Positions 1 through 9,859 of a stretch of DNA of 64,000 bases are shown one piece after another; the stretch's first letter is position 1, and each line of letters opens with the position of its first letter. The stretch lies in NCBI GenBank assembly GCA_900299145.1, contig OMIN01000098.1, positions 6,081 through 70,080 on the forward strand, written 5' to 3'. Position numbers and translations under genes: made by a program. The stretch comes from Betaproteobacteria bacterium. Its GTDB lineage: Bacteria; Pseudomonadota; Gammaproteobacteria; Burkholderiales; SG8-41. The notes below the pieces were generated by a model. That model saw only the letters and a program-made list of their open reading frames with translations. It searched no databases and was not told the DNA's origin.

Positions 1-324
1 GAAGCCTGTCAAAACCGCTTGTGGAAAATGCGTCAGGTGCGCCTGACGCAAGGTAAATATCTTGAGCGTATAGAGCGCGCGTTTCTCGCGAACGACGCGC
101 AGCCGATCGCTGCCGTCGTGGCCAAGGAGTACGAAGGCACCTGGTTCGCAGCCGCCGAAGGCACGGCGCAGCTCAAGGCATTGCCATTCAAGGCGCAGGT
201 TAGCGATCATATTTACCTGATGGATCCCCTCGGCAACGTCGTGTTGCGATTTCCGAAAGACGCCGACCCCAGCCGTATGAAGAAAGATCTGGAACGCCTG
301 CTTCGGGTTTCCCGTATTGGATAA
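1..324 (+). CDS. 3' part of a conserved hypothetical protein of the cytochrome-oxidase biogenesis cluster (5' end outside window)
   Basis: The frame is open from nt 1 to the stop at 322-324. It lies directly upstream of ctaA-ctaB-SCO. No family motif recognised. Confidence 0.4.
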   Translation, partial: EACQNRLWKMRQVRLTQGKYLERIERAFLANDAQPIAAVVAKEYEGTWFAAAEGTAQLKALPFKAQVSDHIYLMDPLGNVVLRFPKDADPSRMKKDLERLLRVSRIG

Positions 325-1321
325 GAAAATAGGTAAGTATTTGTTTTCCAAGACAATTTATATCACGGTAGCCTTCACGTTCGTTGTTGTCGTGGTGGGT
401 GCATTCGTGCGCCTGACCAATGCCGGCCTTGGATGCCCCGACTGGCCGGGCTGCTATGGCCAGCTGACGCCCGCGCACGCCGCACAGGACATCGCCCGCG
501 CGGTGGCGGAACAGGGTGGCACGCACGGTCCGGTTTCCGCGCAAAAGGCGTGGCACGAAATGGTGCATCGCTATCTTGCCGGGACGTTGGGTCTGTTGAT
601 ACTCGGCATTGCGATAACGGCGTGGGTCAAGCGCAAACAACAATCGCCCTGTTTGCCGACCGTACTGCTGGCGCTGGTGATTTTTCAGGCTGCATTGGGC
701 ATGTGGACGGTGACTTTGCTGCTAAAGCCGGTGATTGTCACGCTGCATTTGATGGGCGGCATGGCGACACTGGCCCTGATGACGTGGCTCGCGGCGCGAC
801 ACTTGTCGTTTAAGCCACCGGCAGACATTGCACTCCAGCCATGGGCCGCGCTGGGCCTTGCGTTGCTCGTGGCGCAGATTACGCTCGGCGGCTGGGTTAG
901 CACCAATTACGCGGCACTGGCCTGCATTGATTTGCCGCAGTGTCATGGGCAGTGGCTGCCGAAAATGGATTTTCAGCATGGCTTTCAGATATTCCGCGAA
1001 CTGGGTCAGACCGCCGCAGGTGACAAGTTAAGTTACGATGCACTCACGGCGATCCACTGGACACATCGCGTGGGCGCGGTGGTGGTGACGCTGTATCTCG
1101 CCTGGCTCGCGTGGCGGGCTGCCAAGGTAGCCGGGCTGCGCGGCATGGCCGTTGCCGTGGGCGTGCTCTTGGCGGCGCAGGTGACGCTGGGTGTAAGCAA
1201 TATTCTCACCGGGCTGAACCTTGCCGTGGCGGTCGCGCACAACGCGGGCGCCGCGTTATTACTGGCGGCGATGGTGGTGCTAAACTTCGTCCTTTTCAGG
1301 GGATCAAAGACGCAGGATTGA
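317..1321 (+). CDS. ctaA: heme A synthase (COX15/CtaA family)
   Basis: 334-aa polytopic membrane protein with the GLGCPDWPGCYG motif typical of COX15/CtaA. It precedes ctaB. TTG start overlaps the upstream stop. Confidence 0.9.
   Translation: MDKKIGKYLFSKTIYITVAFTFVVVVVGAFVRLTNAGLGCPDWPGCYGQLTPAHAAQDIARAVAEQGGTHGPVSAQKAWHEMVHRYLAGTLGLLILGIAITAWVKRKQQSPCLPTVLLALVIFQAALGMWTVTLLLKPVIVTLHLMGGMATLALMTWLAARHLSFKPPADIALQPWAALGLALLVAQITLGGWVSTNYAALACIDLPQCHGQWLPKMDFQHGFQIFRELGQTAAGDKLSYDALTAIHWTHRVGAVVVTLYLAWLAWRAAKVAGLRGMAVAVGVLLAAQVTLGVSNILTGLNLAVAVAHNAGAALLLAAMVVLNFVLFRGSKTQD
333..349 (-). repeat. AT-rich dispersed element copy, core only, inside ctaA codons ~6-11
   Basis: Minus-strand reading is GGAAAACAAATACTTAC, which matches the core AAAACAAATAsTTAC. 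It forms a local AT island in a GC-rich gene. Confidence 0.6.
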
Positions 1322-1402
1322 GGAATGGGCACGACCCCGTGCCTGGCCTCAACTCGCCCAGTCCTCAGTCGCCGATCCTCAGCCTAAAATCTTCCGTTAG
1401 AA

Positions 1403-2302
1403 ATGTCTTCTGCCACCGCCAACGCTTCCACTGGCTCGCGCGCCTATCAGTTCTACCAGCTGACCAAGCCGCGCGTAGTGTCCCTGATCGTATTTACCGC
1501 GATCATCGGCATGCTGCTGGCCGTGCCCGGCATGGTGGCGTTGCAGCCGTTTCTCGCGGGCACCGTGGGAATCGCGCTGGTGGCCGGCGCGGCGGCGGCG
1601 GCGAATTGCCTGGTTGAACAAAAAATTGACGCGGTGATGGCACGCACGCGTGCCCGCCCTTTGCCGCGCGGCACGCTGACGTCGCTGCAAACGCTGGTGT
1701 TTGCCTGCGTGGTCGGCGGCGTCGGCCTTGTGCTGCTATACGTGTGGGTCAACCCGCTGACCATGTGGCTGACCCTGGCCACGTTTGTTGGTTACGCCGT
1801 GATTTATACCGTGATACTCAAACCAATGACGCCGCAGAATATCGTGATAGGCGGGGCGTCCGGCGCCATGCCGCCGGTGCTCGGCTGGGCGGCGATGACG
1901 GGTGAAGTCACCGCCGAGGCGCTGACGCTGTTTCTGATTATCTTCGCTTGGACACCGCCGCACTTCTGGGCGCTGGCGCTCTACAGACGTGACGAGTACG
2001 CCAAGGCCGGCATCCCCATGTTGCCGGTGACGCACGGCGAAAAATTCACGCGGCTCAATCTGTTGCTCTACACCATCATTCTGGTGGCGTGTTCGCTGTT
2101 GCCTTTCACGGCCAAGTTGTCGGGGCTGATTTATCTCGCGTCGGCGCTGGTGCTGGGCGTGGGCTTTCTGGTGTACGCGATTCGGATTTATCGCGAATAC
2201 AGTGATCAACTCGCGCGCAAGACCTTCCGTTACTCGATCGTGTATCTCACCGTGCTGTTCGCGGCGCTGTTGATCGATCACTACTTTCGCATCACGCTGT
2301 AA
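1403..2302 (+). CDS. ctaB: protoheme IX farnesyltransferase (heme O synthase)
   Basis: 299-aa UbiA-type prenyltransferase with multiple TM helices, sitting between ctaA and SCO. Confidence 0.92.
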   Translation: MSSATANASTGSRAYQFYQLTKPRVVSLIVFTAIIGMLLAVPGMVALQPFLAGTVGIALVAGAAAAANCLVEQKIDAVMARTRARPLPRGTLTSLQTLVFACVVGGVGLVLLYVWVNPLTMWLTLATFVGYAVIYTVILKPMTPQNIVIGGASGAMPPVLGWAAMTGEVTAEALTLFLIIFAWTPPHFWALALYRRDEYAKAGIPMLPVTHGEKFTRLNLLLYTIILVACSLLPFTAKLSGLIYLASALVLGVGFLVYAIRIYREYSDQLARKTFRYSIVYLTVLFAALLIDHYFRITL

Positions 2303-2306
2303 CGGT

Positions 2307-2912
2307 ATGCGCGCCATGAAATATTTTGTGGCGGCGTGGGTGGCGGTCTTATTGCTCTCAGCTTGCGGCCCGCAACCATCGGGCGGCGTGAAATTCCAGA
2401 ACACCGATGTCACCGGCGCCGATTTCGGCAAGGGTTTCGCGCTGACCGATCACACCGGCAAGCCGCGCACGCTGGCGGATTTCAAGGGTAAGCTGGTGGT
2501 GATGTTTTTCGGCTATACGCAATGCCCCGACGTGTGTCCGACCACACTCGCTGAAATGGCCAAGGTCATCAAGGAACTCGGTCCCGACGGCGACAAAGTT
2601 CAGGTGCTGTTCGTTACCATCGATCCAGAACGCGATACGAAAGACCTTTTAAAACAATATGTTACGGCATTTCATCCCGGCTTCCTCGGCCTGGCCGGCG
2701 ACATGGAAGCCACCGTGCGCGCGGCCAAGGAATTCAAGGTTTACGTGCAAAAGCAGCAGCCCAAAACACCTGGCGGCAGCTACAGCGTGGATCACTCGGC
2801 GGGGACGTTCATCCTCGACGGGCAAGGCCGGCTGCGCCTGTTCGTGAACCACGGCGCGCCCGCCGCTTCGCTTTTGGCTGATATTCGCACGCTGCTGAAA
2901 CAGGCGTCGTGA
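2307..2912 (+). CDS. SCO1/SenC family copper chaperone
   Basis: CPDVCP motif in a thioredoxin-like fold, with a signal/lipoprotein-like N-terminus (LLLSACG). Confidence 0.9.
   Translation: MRAMKYFVAAWVAVLLLSACGPQPSGGVKFQNTDVTGADFGKGFALTDHTGKPRTLADFKGKLVVMFFGYTQCPDVCPTTLAEMAKVIKELGPDGDKVQVLFVTIDPERDTKDLLKQYVTAFHPGFLGLAGDMEATVRAAKEFKVYVQKQQPKTPGGSYSVDHSAGTFILDGQGRLRLFVNHGAPAASLLADIRTLLKQAS
2649..2665 (+). repeat. AT-rich dispersed element copy, variant core, inside the SCO gene
   Basis: TTAAAACAATATGTTAC encodes LLKQYVT with all-AT-rich codons. It is closest to the copy at 25649 (AAAACAATTAGTTAC). Confidence 0.55.
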
Positions 2913-3886
2913 TCCGCGCGAGCCTGCTGCGTTGTTTGGGGGCGGGCGTCGCGCTGGTGGCCGTGTGCGCGTCGGCGCAATCGACATACACGGGCTATCC
3001 CAACAAGCCCATTCGCTTCATCTCACCGTTTCCCGCAGGCGGTCCGGTGGACGCCGTGGCACGTTTGATGGCGCCGCGCTTAAGTGACGTGTTCAAACAA
3101 ACCGTGGTGGTCGATAACCGCCCCGGCGCTGTCGGCATGATCGGCATTGAGGCCTGTGTGCGCGCCGCGCCCGATGGTTACACGCTGATGATCGTCTCCG
3201 GCAGCTATGCTTCCAGTGCCGCGGTGAATCAGCTTTCCTATCACCCAATCAATGACGTTACGCCAATTTCCATGCTCGGCCACACGCCGCATCTAGTGAC
3301 GGTACATGCGTCGCTGCCGGTGGCGAGCATCAAGGAATTGATTGTCTACGACAAGGCGAATCCCGGCAAAATCAATTATGGTTCGTCCGGCACCGGCGGC
3401 AGCGTGCATCTGGCGACGGAACTCTTTAACCAGATGGCGGGCACGCGGCTCGCGCATGTACCGTACAAAGGGCAGGGGCCGGTGCTCAATGATTTGCTCG
3501 GCGGGCAAATTCAGCTTTTTATCGGCAGCCCGATCATCACCCAGCCGCACGTCAAGGCCAACCGGCTACGCGCACTAGCGGTGAGCAGCGCGAAGCGTAC
3601 CGCGGCGATGCCGGATATTCCCACAGTGGCCGAAACCGTGCCCGGCTACGACACGGTGAGCTGGCAGGCAATACTGGGGCCGCGCGCCTTGCCGCGTGAT
3701 ATCACGGCACGCTGGAACAGCGAAGTCGACCGCATACTGCAAATGCCGGACTTCAAGGCGCGCCTTGCTGCTGACGGCATGGAAATGGTGGGCGGGCCGC
3801 CATCACACTTTCTCGAAGTGCTCAAACGTGACGTGGCGCGCTGGCAGAGCGTGGTGAAAATCGCTGGTATCAAGCCCGGCGCGTGA
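2909..3886 (+). CDS. Bug family tripartite tricarboxylate transporter substrate-binding protein (TctC-like)
   Basis: Signal peptide followed by YPNKPIRFISPFPAGGPVD and VPYKGQGP, both hallmark Bug/TctC motifs. Confidence 0.9.
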   Translation: MIRASLLRCLGAGVALVAVCASAQSTYTGYPNKPIRFISPFPAGGPVDAVARLMAPRLSDVFKQTVVVDNRPGAVGMIGIEACVRAAPDGYTLMIVSGSYASSAAVNQLSYHPINDVTPISMLGHTPHLVTVHASLPVASIKELIVYDKANPGKINYGSSGTGGSVHLATELFNQMAGTRLAHVPYKGQGPVLNDLLGGQIQLFIGSPIITQPHVKANRLRALAVSSAKRTAAMPDIPTVAETVPGYDTVSWQAILGPRALPRDITARWNSEVDRILQMPDFKARLAADGMEMVGGPPSHFLEVLKRDVARWQSVVKIAGIKPGA

Positions 3887-3975
3887 CGACCCATTTTCAT
3901 CGCCGGGTTCCCGCACCGGCAGCCTGCTGGTAAGCTAGGCAATCAATCATCTTGGCACAAAAATCTGGCGCAAAA

Positions 3976-5616
3976 ATGACTACACCTGATTACGATTACA
4001 TCATTGTCGGCGCGGGTTCGGCTGGCTGCGTGCTCTCCAACCGGCTTTCCGCGTCGGGCAAACACCGTGTGCTGCTGCTGGAAGCGGGCAAGGAAGAAAA
4101 CTGGCACTGGATACGCATTCCCGCCGGCATTGCACACGTGCTGCTGGGCGAGCGCGCGTTGTGGCGCTTCAAGACTGAGCCCGATGAAAAAGTGGATGGC
4201 CGCTCGATTTTCTGGCCGCGCGGGCGCGCACTCGGCGGCTCCAGTGCGGTCAACGGCATGATCTGGGTACGTGGCGATCCGCTGGAGCTGGATCACTGGG
4301 CTTCACTCGGCAACACGGGTTGGGCTTACAAGGATGTGCTGCCGCTCTTGAAGCGAATGGAGTCGTACGCACTGGGTGACCCGGACTATCGCGGCAAGGA
4401 TGGCCCCATGTATATCACCCGCTACGTGGATCGCGACCCGCTATCCAACGCGTTTATCGAAGGCGCAGGCAAGGCTGGCGTGCCGGTGGTGGAGGATTAC
4501 AACGCCGCGCGTTTCGAGGGCGTGAGCTATCTGCAATACAACACGCGCTTTGGACGGCGCCGCCATACAGGTGACAATTACCTGCTACCGGCGATGGGCC
4601 GCGCCAACCTAAAGGTCGAAACTGGCGCGTTGACGCAACGCGTTGTGCTCAACGGCAAGCGCGCCACCGGCGTAGTTTACAAAAAGGGTAACGAGCTTAT
4701 TACGGCCAACGCCAAGCGCGAAGTCATTTTGTGTGCGGGCGCGGTGCAGTCGCCGCAGTTGCTGGAGCTTTCCGGCATCGGCAATCCTGATGTGTTGAAG
4801 CGCGCCGGCGTGACACCGTTGCACGAACTGAACGGCGTCGGCGAAAGCCTGCGCGACCATTTGCATGTACGTGTGGCGTTCGAGACGCACCTGCGCACCA
4901 ATCTCAACGTGATTCTGCGTAATCCATTGAAGCAGGCATGGATGGGCGCGCGCTGGCTGTTCCTCGGGCGCGGGTTGATGACGACTTCGTCCGCGACGTC
5001 GATGGCCATCGCGCGCACCGATCCCGCCCTTGACCGACCAAATGTGAAGTTACAGTTGTATCACCTGTCGATGGCGAGCAGCCATTATGGCGGTACGGGC
5101 GAAGCCACCAACTTTGCTGACCGCATGGGCCTCGACAAATATCCGGGCTTTTCCATCGGTTGTTATGTGCTGCGGCCGGAGTCGCTGGGCTCCATTCACA
5201 TCAAGACGGCGAATGTGGGCGACCCGCCGGAAATCCGCGCCAACTATCTTGCCGCCGAAGCCGACCGGCGCAACATGATTGATGCGCTGAAAATGATTCG
5301 CAAAATAGCATCGCTGCCACCGTTGTCGAACCTGGCGTTGCGCGAAACACGCCCCGGCCCGCAGGCCAACACTGACGAAGCCCTGCTCGACCACGCGCGT
5401 GCCACCGGTATGACGTCCTATCACCCCATCGGCACCTGCCGCATGGGCAGCGATGCCAAGGCCGTGGTCGATCACAAACTCAAGGTGCACGGCATTGAGG
5501 GTCTGCGGGTGGGTGATGCGTCGATCATGCCGACCATGGTGGCGTCGAATACCAACGCGCCCTCAATCATGATCGGCGAAAAGGCTTCCGACCTGGTGCT
5601 TGCGGATGCAAATTAA
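3976..5616 (+). CDS. GMC family FAD-dependent oxidoreductase (choline dehydrogenase-like)
   Basis: DYIIVGAGSAGCVLSNRLS ADP-binding motif and C-terminal HPIGTCRMG. The ATG at 3976 is preferred over the upstream TTG at 3952. Confidence 0.9.
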   Translation: MTTPDYDYIIVGAGSAGCVLSNRLSASGKHRVLLLEAGKEENWHWIRIPAGIAHVLLGERALWRFKTEPDEKVDGRSIFWPRGRALGGSSAVNGMIWVRGDPLELDHWASLGNTGWAYKDVLPLLKRMESYALGDPDYRGKDGPMYITRYVDRDPLSNAFIEGAGKAGVPVVEDYNAARFEGVSYLQYNTRFGRRRHTGDNYLLPAMGRANLKVETGALTQRVVLNGKRATGVVYKKGNELITANAKREVILCAGAVQSPQLLELSGIGNPDVLKRAGVTPLHELNGVGESLRDHLHVRVAFETHLRTNLNVILRNPLKQAWMGARWLFLGRGLMTTSSATSMAIARTDPALDRPNVKLQLYHLSMASSHYGGTGEATNFADRMGLDKYPGFSIGCYVLRPESLGSIHIKTANVGDPPEIRANYLAAEADRRNMIDALKMIRKIASLPPLSNLALRETRPGPQANTDEALLDHARATGMTSYHPIGTCRMGSDAKAVVDHKLKVHGIEGLRVGDASIMPTMVASNTNAPSIMIGEKASDLVLADAN

Positions 5617-6589
5617 ATTTGCCTTCGTTGCCGCGGTGTTGGGGTGCGTTGTGCAGACCGCACCGTCAGCCGCGCAACAGGATTACCCAAACCGCCCGGT
5701 GCGTCTGGTGAGCGGCTACGCCGCGGGTGGCACCACCAGTCTGGTCGGCCGGCTGATCGGTCAAAAGCTCACCGAAAGCTGGGGCCATCAATTCGTGCTC
5801 GACAATCGCCCCGGCGGCGGTACGCTGATCGGTGGAGAAATCGTCGCCAAAGCGCCGCCCGACGGGTATACGCTGATGTTGGTGGACAGCGTGCATGTGC
5901 TGGCGCCCGTGCTGTTGAAAGCGCCGTTTGATCCGATCCGTGATTTCGCACCGGTGGCTACGGTAGCATATACCGAACTGGTGTTGTCGCTGCATCCTTC
6001 GGTGCCTTCCAACAATCTCGCTGAACTGATCGCCTACGCCAAAGGCCGACCGGGGAAGCTGCTGTACGCGTCGCCAGCCATTGGTGGGTCGCAGCATCTG
6101 GCGACGGAAATGTTCAACGTCGCGGCCGGTATTCAAACGCAGCATATTCCCTACAAGGGTGCAGGGCCGGCGTTGGTGGCGCTGGTCGCGGGCGAGGTGG
6201 GCATGTATTTCGCCACCACGGCCACCGGCGCACCCTACGTCAAGGCAGGCAAGTTAAAGGCCATCGCTGCCACGGGCAAGAAACGTCTGGCATTGCTGCC
6301 CAATGTGCCTACTTTTGAAGAGTCGGGTCTGCAGAATTTCTATACGCAAAAGCGCGCAGGCTATGGTGTCGTCGCACCTGCCGGCGTGCCCAAGCCGATC
6401 ATCGGCAAGCTCGCCGCCGAGATCACCCGCTATGTAACGCAGCCGGAATTTCGCGATACGCTGACGACGTTGGGTCTGGAACCGAACCCCAGCACGCCGG
6501 TGGAATACGCCGACACGCTGAAGGCAAGCCTTGCATGGAACATTGAGACTATCGCTATGCTGAAGAAGAAAGGCGTGAAATTTGACTAG
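5606..6589 (+). CDS. Bug family (TctC-like) substrate-binding protein
   Basis: YPNRPVRLVSGYAAGGTT and IPYKGAGP motifs. The start overlaps the end of the GMC gene. Confidence 0.9.
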   Translation: MQIKFAFVAAVLGCVVQTAPSAAQQDYPNRPVRLVSGYAAGGTTSLVGRLIGQKLTESWGHQFVLDNRPGGGTLIGGEIVAKAPPDGYTLMLVDSVHVLAPVLLKAPFDPIRDFAPVATVAYTELVLSLHPSVPSNNLAELIAYAKGRPGKLLYASPAIGGSQHLATEMFNVAAGIQTQHIPYKGAGPALVALVAGEVGMYFATTATGAPYVKAGKLKAIAATGKKRLALLPNVPTFEESGLQNFYTQKRAGYGVVAPAGVPKPIIGKLAAEITRYVTQPEFRDTLTTLGLEPNPSTPVEYADTLKASLAWNIETIAMLKKKGVKFD

Positions 6590-6601
6590 CAGCAGTGCGT
6601 C

Positions 6602-6631
6602 TAAAAATATCCATTAAAACAAATAGTTACG
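6602..6631 (+). repeat. AT-rich dispersed element copy
   Basis: TAAAAATATCCATTAAAACAAATAGTTACG, intergenic, ~50 nt upstream of the Bug gene start at 6684. Confidence 0.9.
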
Positions 6632-6683
6632 ATTGAACAGCATTGTAAATGCCATGGCGGTTGTTACCTCAGTCGAGGCCTAC

Positions 6684-7664
6684 ATGAAGCGAAACGTGAT
6701 CGCGTTGCCTGCGCTGGTGCTGCTGTTGGGGTGGGTGTGCATCGCGCCTGCGGTGGCCCAGACTTGGCCTTCCAGGCCTATACGCATCGTGGTGCCATTC
6801 GGGCCCGGTGGTGCCGCCGATATTTTTGCGCGCATCCTTGGCGAGAAGCTGGCGGCGGCGCTGGGCCAGTCGATGGTGATCGATAACCGGCCCGGCGCAA
6901 GCGGCATGATCGCCACTGAAATCGTCGCCAAGTCGCTGCCCGATGGTTACACCATCGGCACGCAATCCACTACGTCGTTTACCTACGCGGTGCACGTGTT
7001 CGGCGCCAAGCTGCCGTACAACCCCGTGCGCGATTTCACGCCGGTGACGCGCGTGGCGCTGGTGCCGCTCATGTTGGTGGTGCATCCCAGCATTCCGTCG
7101 AAGAGCCTGCGCGAGCTCGCCGATTACATCAAGGCGCGTCCGGGCAAATTGTCGTATGCCTCGTTTGGCCTCGGCAGCACGCCGCATGTTGCTGGTGAAA
7201 TGTTCCGTCACGCCACTGGCATCGACTACCAGCACGTGCCGTACAAGGGCAGCGGTCAGGCGCATCCTGATTTGCTGGGCGGGCAGGTGCACATGATGTT
7301 CGACACCGTTCTCGCCTCCGTGGGCCACGTGCGCAGCGGCCGGCTGCGCGGGTTGGCGGTGACCAGCCCGCGGCGTCTGAGCAATCTGCCCGACATGCCG
7401 ACGGCCGTGGAATCCGGCATGCCGGGTTTTGAAGTGGGCAGTTGGCTCGGCATCGTCGGCCCCGCCGGCATTCCCGCGCCGGTGGTCTCGCGCCTGTCAC
7501 AGGAAATCAGCAAGGCAGTGCAAACGCCGGAGACGCGCGCGCGATTGCTCGATCTGGGCGCCGAAGTGGTGGCCGAACCGCCGGCGGTATTCGCGGCGTT
7601 CATCCGCAGGGAAATCGATACCTTCGGCAAGTTCGTGCGCGAGGCGGGGTTGAAGTTTGACTAG
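6684..7664 (+). CDS. Bug family (TctC-like) substrate-binding protein
   Basis: The signal peptide begins at MKRNVIALPALVLL. WPSRPIRIVVPFGPGGAAD and VPYKGSGQ motifs are present. Confidence 0.9.
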   Translation: MKRNVIALPALVLLLGWVCIAPAVAQTWPSRPIRIVVPFGPGGAADIFARILGEKLAAALGQSMVIDNRPGASGMIATEIVAKSLPDGYTIGTQSTTSFTYAVHVFGAKLPYNPVRDFTPVTRVALVPLMLVVHPSIPSKSLRELADYIKARPGKLSYASFGLGSTPHVAGEMFRHATGIDYQHVPYKGSGQAHPDLLGGQVHMMFDTVLASVGHVRSGRLRGLAVTSPRRLSNLPDMPTAVESGMPGFEVGSWLGIVGPAGIPAPVVSRLSQEISKAVQTPETRARLLDLGAEVVAEPPAVFAAFIRREIDTFGKFVREAGLKFD

Positions 7665-7669
7665 CCGAA

Positions 7670-8794
7670 TTGGCGTGGAGTAATGCCGTGAAAATCGTCG
7701 ACGTCATAGTGCAGTGCTATCGCTACCCGGCCCCGCCGCTGCGCGGCACGCAATTTGGCACGCAGGAAGAAGCCACCCTCGTGCGCGTCATCGCTGACAA
7801 CGGGCTGGAAGGTTACGGTGTTGCGCGCGCGGTGGGCGGCTCCAGCGGGCGCATCGTCGCGGATGGCGTGCTCAACACCGCCAAGCCGCGCGTGGTGGGC
7901 GAGGATGCTTTTCAGCGCGAGCGCATCTGGCAGAAACTGTGGGCGCTGGATCGCGGCAATCATTTGCAGATTTTCGCCACCAGCGTGATCGACGTGGCAT
8001 TGTGGGATCTTGCGGGCAAAGCGCTCAACGCGCCGGTGTGGCAACTGCTCGGCGGCTATCGAAACAAGCTGCCGGCCTATGCGAGTTCGGCGCGGCTGGC
8101 CAGCGTTGATGATTACGTCGCCGAGGCGTTGCAATGCCGCGCCCGTGGCTACACCGCGTACAAGCTGCATCCGTTTGCCGACCCGGCGAAAGACGTTGCC
8201 GTGTGCCGTGCTGTGCGCGAGGCCGTCGGCCCGGACATGAAGCTCATGCTCGATGCCAGTTGCGAATATGACCACGAGGCAGCGCTTCGCGTGGGGCGGG
8301 AAATAGAGAAACTCAATTTCCACTGGTACGAAGAACCTATTAACGCCTATGACCTGCGCGGCTACACTGAATTGAGCCGCGCGCTGGAAATCCCGGTGGT
8401 TGCCGCCGAAATGGTGCCCGGTTCGATTCGCAGCACCGCTCAATATATTCTACAAAACGCGGGGGACATCCTGCGCGCCGATGTCTACTGGCGTGGCGGC
8501 ATTACCGCACTGATGAAAACCGCGCACCTGTGCGAGGCCAACGGTATCAAAACGGAGCTGCACCATGGCGCATCCCCGCTGATGGACATCGCCACGCTGC
8601 ATTGCGCCTGCGCCATCAAAAACTGTGAGTTCCTTGAACTGCTGGTGCCCGAACCGCGCTATGAATTCGGTCTAAAGGACTACTCGGCACTGCATATCGA
8701 TGCCGAAGGCAACGTGCATGCGCCGCCGGGGCCGGGGCTCGGGGTGACCATCGATTGGGATTTTATCGATCGGCATACGACGTTTTCGGGGTAG
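7670..8794 (+). CDS. mandelate racemase/muconate lactonizing enzyme family (enolase superfamily) protein
   Basis: 374-aa capping-plus-TIM-barrel pattern with metal-ligand context MLDASCEYD, WYEEP and ELHHG. The true start may be the GTG at 7688 (VKIVDV). Confidence 0.8.
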   Translation: MAWSNAVKIVDVIVQCYRYPAPPLRGTQFGTQEEATLVRVIADNGLEGYGVARAVGGSSGRIVADGVLNTAKPRVVGEDAFQRERIWQKLWALDRGNHLQIFATSVIDVALWDLAGKALNAPVWQLLGGYRNKLPAYASSARLASVDDYVAEALQCRARGYTAYKLHPFADPAKDVAVCRAVREAVGPDMKLMLDASCEYDHEAALRVGREIEKLNFHWYEEPINAYDLRGYTELSRALEIPVVAAEMVPGSIRSTAQYILQNAGDILRADVYWRGGITALMKTAHLCEANGIKTELHHGASPLMDIATLHCACAIKNCEFLELLVPEPRYEFGLKDYSALHIDAEGNVHAPPGPGLGVTIDWDFIDRHTTFSG

Positions 8795-8806
8795 GCCGTC
8801 AGCACA

Positions 8807-9793
8807 TCACGTCGCAGGTTTCGTATAAGCGCCGATATCCCTGAAAAACGCCCGGTATTCCTCCACCCGCTGGACGAGCAGCTTCGCATATTCCGCGCTG
8901 CCGAGGTAGCGGTCTTCGTAGTAATAGCGCTTCACTTGATCCTGCCATGCGGGAGTTTTGTGCGCGCGCTCAAGCACTTTTTCCATCTGCGCCGCGATGT
9001 CTTTGGATACCCCGGCGGGGAAGGAAAAGCCTCGCAGCGTGCCGGCGTCGATCTTGTAGCCGGCTTCCGCCGCGGTGGGCAGATCGGGCATTTGTGGCAG
9101 GCGCGTGAGTGAGGTAATGGCCAGAGCGCGCAGCTTTTTGGATTCAAGCATGGCAAGGCCTTCGCTCAGATTTTCGGTGGTGAAATGCGTATGCCCTCCG
9201 GCGACCGAGAGCACGGCTTCGCCGCCGCCCTTGAAAGTGACAAATTTGAACTTGGCGCCTGGCGCCAATTTCTCCAGATAATGAATGACCTGACGCCCCG
9301 AGCCGAGCGGGTTGGTAATGGCGCCGACAATGGTGTCGGGCGTCTTGCGGGCAGCTTCAGCGAGATCGCGCAAGGTCTTGTAGGGTGAATCCGCGCTCAC
9401 CATGACGGCCTGCGGGTCGACGGCCAGCAGCGCGAGCGGCGTGTAGTTTTCAAGTCCGATCTTCACATCCTCTCGCGCGGCCATGATGGCCACGGTTCCG
9501 GTGGCCGCGATCATGGTGTACGGATCACCACGTTTGGTCTGAAAATAGTTGATTGCAATGAGGCTGCTGCCGCCCGTGCGGTTTTGCACCAGCAGTTGCC
9601 GTGGCAGCAGCTTTTCGCGGCGTACGATATCGGCGAGTGCGCGCGCATAAATATCGGTGCCGCTGCCGGGCGAGGTCGGCACCACCACTTCTATTGAGCG
9701 TGTGGGATAGTTTTGACCCCGCGCGTTTGTACATATCGCGACGGCGAGCACAGCAGTGGTCAGAGCCGCCAAGGAATTCAGGCCTTTCGTCAT
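8807..9793 (-). CDS. Bug family (TctC-like) substrate-binding protein
   Basis: YPTRSIEVVVPTSPGSGTD motif and FKGGGEAV. Confidence 0.85.
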   Translation of the reverse strand: MTKGLNSLAALTTAVLAVAICTNARGQNYPTRSIEVVVPTSPGSGTDIYARALADIVRREKLLPRQLLVQNRTGGSSLIAINYFQTKRGDPYTMIAATGTVAIMAAREDVKIGLENYTPLALLAVDPQAVMVSADSPYKTLRDLAEAARKTPDTIVGAITNPLGSGRQVIHYLEKLAPGAKFKFVTFKGGGEAVLSVAGGHTHFTTENLSEGLAMLESKKLRALAITSLTRLPQMPDLPTAAEAGYKIDAGTLRGFSFPAGVSKDIAAQMEKVLERAHKTPAWQDQVKRYYYEDRYLGSAEYAKLLVQRVEEYRAFFRDIGAYTKPAT

Positions 9794-9859
9794 GCGGGTC
9801 TCCTCGTGATGGCGTCGCCGCCTTGTTCGCGGGTAATGGTGCTGCGGTGCGTTGCCCCG

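Noticed and set aside
9548-9566. Partial matches to the element
   Set aside because: These matches are GAAAATAGTTGA at ~9551, GATAAAAACTAT(-) at ~41533, CCTTACACTTTTATTAAC at 61049-61066 and AAAAACAGATAT(-) at 58853-58866. Each matches only 8-12 nt of the core and lacks either the A-tract or the TTAY end. They were not counted as copies, although the one at 61049 lies just upstream of a gene start and may be a decayed copy.
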